Shown here: positions 36,253 to 42,631 of the stretch, one piece after another | Layout: each line of letters opens with the position of its first letter | Numbering within the stretch: the first letter of the stretch is position 1 | Assembly: GCA_002452795.1 (NCBI GenBank) | Contig: DKFF01000004.1 | Span: forward strand, 1-42,631 | From: Dehalococcoidia bacterium UBA6803 | GTDB taxonomy: Bacteria > Chloroflexota > Dehalococcoidia > GIF9 > AB-539-J10 | Reading direction: 5' to 3' | DNA: 42,631 nucleotides | Position numbers and translations under genes: made by a program | The notes under the pieces: model-generated | The model's database searches: none | Told to the model about the DNA's origin: nothing | Seen by the model: the letters and a program-made list of their open reading frames with translations, nothing else

Positions 36253-37120
36253 AGTAAGCTCATTTCCCCCGGGAGCTTTTGCCGCCCTCAGTTCTCCGTA
36301 TTGTGATTTTGACAAAGCTGGCGCCGTTATTCTTCCTGTGCCTTATGACGGTACCACGGAGTGGCATGCCGGCAGCCGCAAAGGACCACAGGCTATCATC
36401 GAGGCCTCCCGCTACCTGGAGCTTTACGACCTGGAGCTGGACCGTGAGATACATCACGCAGGCATTCACACTTTACCCGAGATTGAGCCTGTGTTGAGTG
36501 GTCCTGCAGACATGGTAGAAAGAGTTTACCAGGCGGGAAGGAAACTGGTGCAGGAGGGGAAATTCGTGGCCATGTTGGGAGGAGAACACTCTCTTACCCT
36601 GGGCATGGTGCGTGCATATCGCGAGGAATTTGCGGATATGTCCGTGTTGCAACTGGACGCTCATGCCGATTTTCGCGATGAATACATGGGCACCAGATTT
36701 GGGCAGGCATGCGTCATGCGGCGCGTTTTTGAGATCTGCCCTGTCACTCAAGTGGGAATACGCAGTCTCAGTCGCGAAGAGAAAGAATTTATAGACGGGA
36801 AAAGCGTGAACACTTTCTCTCTTCCCTTTGTTTTGCCGGAAGATGAGATTATCGAACGGGTATTGGCTTCCCTGGGGCAAAATGTTTACGTAACTCTGGA
36901 TGTGGATGTTTTTGATCCCGGGATCATGCCGGCAGTGGGCACGCCTGAACCAGGAGGAATGGGTTGGCAGACCGTTCTGAGTGTGTTGAAAGCAGTCGCC
37001 TCGCGCAAGCGCGTGCTTGGCTTCGATGTTATGGAATTCTGTCCTGAACAGGGGCCACCTTCCTGCGCTTTTTTGCTGGCCAAGCTGGTTTACAAATTCC
37101 TGGGCTATGCCCTTCCTTAG
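36242..37120 (+). CDS. speB: agmatinase / ureohydrolase family protein
   Basis: Mn-ligand motifs GGEHSLT, LDAHADF and TLDVDVFDPG. The ATG at 36242 overlaps the speH end by 11 nt. The track TTG at 36233 is less likely. Confidence 0.9.
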   Translation: MENEVSSFPPGAFAALSSPYCDFDKAGAVILPVPYDGTTEWHAGSRKGPQAIIEASRYLELYDLELDREIHHAGIHTLPEIEPVLSGPADMVERVYQAGRKLVQEGKFVAMLGGEHSLTLGMVRAYREEFADMSVLQLDAHADFRDEYMGTRFGQACVMRRVFEICPVTQVGIRSLSREEKEFIDGKSVNTFSLPFVLPEDEIIERVLASLGQNVYVTLDVDVFDPGIMPAVGTPEPGGMGWQTVLSVLKAVASRKRVLGFDVMEFCPEQGPPSCAFLLAKLVYKFLGYALP

Positions 37121-37139
37121 TTTAGTGTGTTAATCTGCT

Positions 37140-39935
37140 TCATTCCACGGCAGTAAGACTCGACAGCCTGTCTAGAATTGTTGCCAGAGCGTCTAATTCC
37201 TCTCCATAGCCAGCCCAGTCTCCCGCCATTTGATACTGCAAAGCGAGCGCATAGTGCCGTTGTGCTTCTGCTATTAAGCCGGCAATGGTATCATTTTCTG
37301 CGTCTCCTGGCCCCGGGGTGGGAGGTATTTCCGTCGTGGGGGGAAGCAGGTCCTCGTTATCGTAGATAGCTGCCAGGCTTTCTCCCAGCGTGGCTTCCAT
37401 AGCTATTTGGTCGCCGGAGGCCACGATCACTCGTTTCAATTCCGGCAGGCCGCCGGCTTCTGCCTGGAGGAAAACGGGTTCCACATACAGGTTGGATTTT
37501 CCCATGGGAATCATAAGCAGATTGCCGCGAATAACACTTGAGCCCCCCCGCCCCCACAGGGCAAGCTGTTCAGTGATGACGGTGTCCTGCTGGATACGGT
37601 TTTCAATCTGGCTGGGGCCGTAGATCAGTTTATCTTTGGGGAAGTGATAGGCAAGCAGCTTGCCGTAGTTCTCTTCGTCACAACGGGCAGCCAACCAGCC
37701 GATAGTGTTGTTCTTGTTTGCAGGAGTAAAGGGCAGCATGAGCAGGAATTCCTCTTTCTCCCCATCAGGCAGACGCATAATGATGTAGTATGGCTCCAGA
37801 ACCTGCTCGCTTCCGGCATAGACTTCTCTGGGCACGGCCCACAGATCCTCCCTGTTATAAAACACCCTGACATCCTGCATGTGATAGGCCTGGTATACCG
37901 TCGCCTGAATGTTGAACATATCTTCCGGGTAGCGCAGGTGAGCCTTGAGCTCCTCAGGCATCTGTTCCGCCGAAGTAAAGAGGTCAGGGAAGATAGATTG
38001 ATAGGTCTGGATCAAGGCATCCTCCGGGTCGGTGACATAAAAAGTGACATCGCCGTTGTAGGCGTCGACAACTGCCTTCACGCTGTTGCGGATATAGTTT
38101 ACCCCGCCGTAGACGGGCTGGGAATAGGGATATCGCTTGCTGGTGGTGTAGGCATCCTGTATCCAGTATAATTTGCCGTCCACGACGACTAAATATGGAT
38201 CACTGTCCAGTTCCAGGAAGGGGGCCAGATGATTCACCCGGTCGGCGATGTTTCTGTAATAGAGGATTTTGCTCTCGGCGGACAATTCTCCGCTGATCAG
38301 GATGTTAAAATCTCCAAATTGCCAGGCATAAATTAACCTTCGGAAGAAGCTGTCGAGGTTGACACCGCCCTCGCCCTGGTAGTGGCCATAGACATTCTCC
38401 TCTCCCAGGGGATAGTCGAACTCCTGAGTTTTCGTGTTAACGATTACATAATCACCTGTTTCTTCTCCAAAATATATCTGAGGTTGTTCTACTCGCAATT
38501 CTCCTGCAGGAGGTATGTCCTTGATCAGCAATTCTGGCAGACCCTCTGAAGTGATCTCGTTGACGGGGCTCATGGCGAGGCCGTAACCGTGCGTGAACTG
38601 CAATTTACGATTGACCCAGGTCTGCGCCTCGCTGGACAGCTTCTCGGAAGACAATTCCCTGGCCGCCAGCATAACCTGCTGATACTCACCGTTTATGGTG
38701 TAACGGTCGACGTCAACATCGTGGAAGTAGTAATAGAGACGTATGGACTGGATCTGATTATAGGTATCTTTTAATGGTCGATGGTCCCATAGCCTGATAT
38801 TGTCAATAGTTGTTTTGTTCTGGACTATATCCTGATAACTGGGCATCTCTTCGGCTGGAAAGGCCTCCTCTTCGATATGGCTTAAGCCGAAGGCTTCCCT
38901 GGTGGCCTGAATATTGTACTCGATATAAGGCGTTTCTTTGGCCAATTCATTGGGCTGCACTTGAAAACGCTGCATGAAGGCAGGAAAGATTGCCCCGCAG
39001 ACGATGGCCACGGCGACCCAGGCCCCGATACCGTAGAGAAACCAGCGCGGCCTGTGTTTCAACATGGCGGGCACGAAAACGCCCATACAGACGAGTACCA
39101 CCGCGAAAAGTATCCATTGGGCGGGCAGTTGGGCATGGAGATCGGTATAACTGGCGCCAAAAACTACCCCCCGGGTGGAGAAGACCAGTTCCCAGATGCC
39201 CAGCCTGTAGCCCCAGGCAAAAAGCCCCAGGATTACTAGAACCAATCCTCCGATGTGGGCCAGAACAGGCCTGGCCAGGTTCTCTATTTTGAAATCTTTG
39301 AGGTTGCGGCCTGGAAGGTATTTGATAATAATGCCGACGAGACAGACTATCAGCGCTCCTGTAAACCAGCCGCGTAATGTTTGCATGAAGGGCAGAGAGA
39401 AAACATAGAAGCCGATGTCCTGGTGGAAGATGGGATCAAGTGCGGCAAATGGCTGCTGGTTGGAGAACTGGAGCACGGTTTGCCAGTTGCCCTGTGCTAT
39501 CGATCCAAATATCAGGCTTAGAATAATTGTTCCTATCAGGATGCCTTTTTTGGTCTGCTCCTTGTTCCGAGCCTGGCTCCAGGGCCAGATGCCGGATTTT
39601 GATTCTGTGGATAGACGGGCGGCCAGAGACAGGTTTCCCAGAAATAGAGCAGCAAAGAGCACGGCTCCGGCAAAGAAAAGCGACACCTTGGTTTTGAGAA
39701 TAGTCGTGTAGACACTGCCATAATCCAGGCTGCTAAACCAGAGCCACTCGCTATAAATACCCTTTAGAATGCCCAAAACGATGGACAGAATCAGGATTAT
39801 GCCTATAATCTGCACCGGGCGATGGGAAAATAAAGAAGGTGAAGTCTGTTTACTCTGTCGAGGATATGACGGCGGCTTGTTGTCTTCTCCCTCGGAAAAC
39901 CACTTCTGCCACTTTTCAGAATCAAATGTGCTCAT
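37140..39935 (-). CDS. UPF0182 family large membrane protein (function unknown)
   Basis: 931 aa. The N-terminal ~330 aa hold about 7 TM segments, followed by a large soluble domain and the characteristic C-terminal helix ...AQRHYALALQYQMAGDWAGYGEELDAL. The overall architecture matches UPF0182. Confidence 0.8.
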   Translation of the reverse strand: MSTFDSEKWQKWFSEGEDNKPPSYPRQSKQTSPSLFSHRPVQIIGIILILSIVLGILKGIYSEWLWFSSLDYGSVYTTILKTKVSLFFAGAVLFAALFLGNLSLAARLSTESKSGIWPWSQARNKEQTKKGILIGTIILSLIFGSIAQGNWQTVLQFSNQQPFAALDPIFHQDIGFYVFSLPFMQTLRGWFTGALIVCLVGIIIKYLPGRNLKDFKIENLARPVLAHIGGLVLVILGLFAWGYRLGIWELVFSTRGVVFGASYTDLHAQLPAQWILFAVVLVCMGVFVPAMLKHRPRWFLYGIGAWVAVAIVCGAIFPAFMQRFQVQPNELAKETPYIEYNIQATREAFGLSHIEEEAFPAEEMPSYQDIVQNKTTIDNIRLWDHRPLKDTYNQIQSIRLYYYFHDVDVDRYTINGEYQQVMLAARELSSEKLSSEAQTWVNRKLQFTHGYGLAMSPVNEITSEGLPELLIKDIPPAGELRVEQPQIYFGEETGDYVIVNTKTQEFDYPLGEENVYGHYQGEGGVNLDSFFRRLIYAWQFGDFNILISGELSAESKILYYRNIADRVNHLAPFLELDSDPYLVVVDGKLYWIQDAYTTSKRYPYSQPVYGGVNYIRNSVKAVVDAYNGDVTFYVTDPEDALIQTYQSIFPDLFTSAEQMPEELKAHLRYPEDMFNIQATVYQAYHMQDVRVFYNREDLWAVPREVYAGSEQVLEPYYIIMRLPDGEKEEFLLMLPFTPANKNNTIGWLAARCDEENYGKLLAYHFPKDKLIYGPSQIENRIQQDTVITEQLALWGRGGSSVIRGNLLMIPMGKSNLYVEPVFLQAEAGGLPELKRVIVASGDQIAMEATLGESLAAIYDNEDLLPPTTEIPPTPGPGDAENDTIAGLIAEAQRHYALALQYQMAGDWAGYGEELDALATILDRLSSLTAVE

Positions 39936-40037
39936 TTTATCAAGCCAGCCTTATTCCCTTTCCAAAACAGGATTTTCTGGCTTATAATCCTACCTGGTCT
40001 CCCCTTCGCTGTTTGTCGGATAAGATAGTTTATTTTA

Positions 40038-41351
40038 ATGATTGGCAGGATAACAAAGATGGATGATATCAGTCAAGGCTCGGGGCGGCGGGATTTCTTT
40101 TATGGTTGGGTGGTCGTTGCGGCGTGTTTTGCGCTGGGTTTCCTGGTGGGAGGCATTCGCTTTTCGTTGCCGCTTCTTCTTCCTGGCTGGGTGGATGAAT
40201 TTAGCTGGACTATGGCTGCCGGTTCCATGGCCATTGCTATCACGTCTTTTGCGCAGTGTGGCATGGGGATGCTGGCGGGGAAGATTATTGATGCGCGGGG
40301 ACCTAAAGTTATGGCTGTGGTGGGATGCTTGCTGATAGGGACGGGACTGGTGCTGTCCAGGCAAGCGTCTTCGCTGGTTCAGTTCTATGGATTATTTGCT
40401 GTCCTGGGAATAGGGCTTTCCGCTGTTTACCTCATTCCGTCCGCCATTGTGAACAAGTGGTTTGTGCAGAGAAGGGGGTTGGTTACAGGCGTAGTCATGG
40501 CAGGAGGAGGGGTGGGCACACTGGTTCTGCCGCTTATTGTGGGCAGATTTATTTCGGTGGGAGGCTGGCAGTATGCCCAGTTGTTCCTGGGGATACTGGC
40601 GTTTTGTTTCACCGTATTTGCCTTTCTCTTGAAGCATTATCCTGAGGACATGAATCTCAAGCCTTATGGGCAGTCCGGCGAGGGAGATAAAGCAAAATCG
40701 GTTGGCGAGGAATCCGGGTTCTCCTGGACATTATCTCAGGCTGTCAGGACCAGGGCTTTCTGGCTGGTGGCTCTGATCGGGCTAGCTTCCGGGTTCGGGC
40801 ACTATATTCCCTGGACACAGCTCGCCAGCTATATAGGGGAGTTGAAGCTGCCAGCAATGCTGGCTGCCTATACCTTGAGTGTGATTGGCGGCTGCAGTGC
40901 CATAGGCAGGGTGTGGGGGGGCAGATTGGGCGACAAGCTGGGGAGAAAAGCAGTGGCAGGCAGTTGTTTTGCTTTACAGGGAGCAGCGATACTCTATTTA
41001 TCTCAGGCTGGAACGGCTGAAGCTTTTTATCTTTTCGCTGTCGTTTCGGGGTTGTCTCATGGCGGCATGATAGTCCAGTTTGCCCCTATGCTGGCGGATT
41101 TTTACGGACGCCATAACCTGGCCTCCATCATGGGTGTTTTTCAGGCAATTACGGGACTTGGTTGGGCGCTGGGTTCATGGGCGGGCGGTTTTATCTTTGA
41201 TATGGCGCAGAGTTATCACACGGCTTTTTTCGTCGGGGCGTTATCATACGTTGTGGCAATCGTACTTCTTGTTTTTATAAAAAAGCCGGAGGCCGTACAG
41301 GAAGGGACGCAGAAAAGGAATAATAGAGGAGCTGATATTTGTAAACTTTAG
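40038..41351 (+). CDS. MFS transporter (oxalate/formate- or monocarboxylate-like)
   Basis: About 12 TM segments with a central cytoplasmic loop, plus GKIIDARGPK and GGRLGDKLGRK MFS loop motifs. An alternative ATG lies at 40059. Confidence 0.85.
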   Translation: MIGRITKMDDISQGSGRRDFFYGWVVVAACFALGFLVGGIRFSLPLLLPGWVDEFSWTMAAGSMAIAITSFAQCGMGMLAGKIIDARGPKVMAVVGCLLIGTGLVLSRQASSLVQFYGLFAVLGIGLSAVYLIPSAIVNKWFVQRRGLVTGVVMAGGGVGTLVLPLIVGRFISVGGWQYAQLFLGILAFCFTVFAFLLKHYPEDMNLKPYGQSGEGDKAKSVGEESGFSWTLSQAVRTRAFWLVALIGLASGFGHYIPWTQLASYIGELKLPAMLAAYTLSVIGGCSAIGRVWGGRLGDKLGRKAVAGSCFALQGAAILYLSQAGTAEAFYLFAVVSGLSHGGMIVQFAPMLADFYGRHNLASIMGVFQAITGLGWALGSWAGGFIFDMAQSYHTAFFVGALSYVVAIVLLVFIKKPEAVQEGTQKRNNRGADICKL

Positions 41352-41929
41352 CTTATCAGTTGCTCTTTCTGCTCCCGCAGTGCTTTTTCATACTGGGCGT
41401 CCAACTGGCTTCTTGTCTTGAGCCACATTTCCTGGAATTGAGGCTGAAGTTCGGGATTGATGTTAACTTTGGTTCCTGTTTGCTGTTCCATGGAAGCCGC
41501 CATGCTCTGCAATCTGGCAGTGAAGCTTTCTTTTAACTGCGTGAAGGCCTGCTGTCTGGCCTGTTCGTAGTAGCCGAGCAGGGTTTCAAGTTGGGCAAGC
41601 ATCGCCGCTGTCCTTTTTTGGTCCTTCTTTATTGCCTTAATCCCCGCCATGGCCTTTTTGCCCGTCTTTTTATCCTCTGCGTTTCTGGGCAAGAAGATGT
41701 TTTGCAGGAGAACTTGTTCTATTCCCCGCGTGATGTATTTCAGGCCCGGGTTTTCTTTGTAACTGGCTAGTTTTGCGTCCAGACAGAAGTTTTCCTCGTG
41801 GAGGTATTGTGCAGCGATAGCCTTGCCCAGGGGGACATATTTGAACTCCTCAAGCTCCTCCGGTGACGGTCGCTCCAGTTTTTCCACCCTTTCCATGGCC
41901 TTTTGCCAGGCGCTTTTGATCTCTCCCAT
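41348..41929 (-). CDS. hypothetical protein, 193 aa, predicted all-helical and soluble
   Basis: I trimmed the start to MGEIKSAWQKAMERVEKL (ATG at 41929, with SD AGGAGG 10 nt upstream). No TM segments and no family recognised. Confidence 0.7.
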   Translation of the reverse strand: MGEIKSAWQKAMERVEKLERPSPEELEEFKYVPLGKAIAAQYLHEENFCLDAKLASYKENPGLKYITRGIEQVLLQNIFLPRNAEDKKTGKKAMAGIKAIKKDQKRTAAMLAQLETLLGYYEQARQQAFTQLKESFTARLQSMAASMEQQTGTKVNINPELQPQFQEMWLKTRSQLDAQYEKALREQKEQLIS

Positions 41930-41991
41930 GCTTGAGTTTCCTCCTGCTATAATTTTAACACACATATTGCCGCGCAGTGCGTAGTAGTTTT

Positions 41992-42631
41992 CTACGCTTT
42001 GATGATGGCATAGCCCTTTTTGTCAAAGCTGAAAGAGAGGAAGGCGAGCGCTTCGGCGTCATGGTTGCGCTGAGAAACGACCACTATGGTGACTTTCCTC
42101 TCTCCTTGAGACAGAGCTTCCGTGAGCGCCTGCGCGGCCGGGTTTGAGTGGGCTGTCTCTCCCAGGGTTTTATACTCTATCCCGAGCAGGCGAAACAGAG
42201 CCTCGGGCGCCTGGCCGTGAATATTGCGAATGCGGCTGATATCGGCTCTCAACCTGGCAATGTCCGGAGGGTTTAAATATCTGCGGGGATTAGTAAAGGC
42301 AACTATCTGCAGGGATAGCCTCAGGGCAGAAAAAACGAGCTTCTGTGGTGGGAGCTGAGGAGTGACTAACCTGACAGCTTCATGGTCGTATCCTGCCAGC
42401 GCGGTGGGGATGTTTTCCCGGGCCAGACAAATTGCCGTGGTGATGAGTTTATAGCTCAACTTGTCTGCGTCTTCCGCGTCGGCGGCAGCCAGGTTGACCC
42501 ACATTACGGCGGATTGGCCGTGGGAACTCTTAAAGTCCCTGGTGACGAGCTCATTGAGTTTTATGGAATGCTTCCAGTCTATGTTTTTCAGGTTATCACC
42601 CGGTTGATACGGACGGCTGGCATGGTACTCC
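41992..42631 (-). CDS. DUF58 domain protein (C-terminal part; 5' end off window)
   Basis: The reading frame stays open upstream of the track start to the window edge. My own translation is EYHASRPYQPGDNLKNIDWKHSIKLNELVTRDF..., which is the DUF58 hallmark (YxPGDxxRxIDWKxS). Confidence 0.8.
   Translation of the reverse strand, partial: EYHASRPYQPGDNLKNIDWKHSIKLNELVTRDFKSSHGQSAVMWVNLAAADAEDADKLSYKLITTAICLARENIPTALAGYDHEAVRLVTPQLPPQKLVFSALRLSLQIVAFTNPRRYLNPPDIARLRADISRIRNIHGQAPEALFRLLGIEYKTLGETAHSNPAAQALTEALSQGERKVTIVVVSQRNHDAEALAFLSFSFDKKGYAIIKA

Noticed and set aside
1-42631. Screen for CRISPR repeats, transposase/integrase genes, IS ends, prophage genes, retron/DGR reverse transcriptases, toxin-antitoxin pairs, defence islands and compositional islands.
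   Set aside because: I recognised none of these. Every ORF above ~130 aa on the coding strand is accounted for by a housekeeping family or one of the few unknowns listed. No tandem or spaced repeats were seen by eye. Composition looks uniform, although I did not compute it.

Overview
This 42.6-kb window looks like ordinary core chromosome from a bacterium of roughly 50% GC (estimated by eye). Coding density is high. The gene content and order fit a Chloroflexota/Dehalococcoidia-like lineage, but that placement is inference only: pyrR-pyrB-pyrC-carA-carB-pyrK, argJ-argB-argD-argG, hom-thrC, tgt-yhhQ, thiC, speH-speB, a DUF5679 mini zinc-ribbon gene and a giant UPF0182 membrane protein. I support 38 protein-coding genes (two truncated by the window edges, one 46-aa gene missing from the ORF track), one tRNA-Pro(GGG), a PyrR-binding attenuator leader, and a few promoter and terminator candidates. 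I found no rRNA, CRISPR array, transposase/integrase, phage gene, toxin-antitoxin pair, reverse transcriptase or recognisable defence gene. I also noticed no long repeats. I do not see a clear-cut novel system here. The best candidates for undescribed biology are: (1) a Memo-family gene tightly coupled to two unrecognised cysteine-motif proteins at the left edge; (2) an AdoMetDC-fold pyruvoyl enzyme overlapping an agmatinase-family gene, whose true substrates are ambiguous; (3) an RNase III gene co-transcribed with a PflX-like radical SAM enzyme; (4) the function-unknown UPF0182 giant membrane protein; (5) an unrecognised helical protein downstream of a DUF58 gene at the right edge. All family calls come from motif recognition by eye, with no database search.
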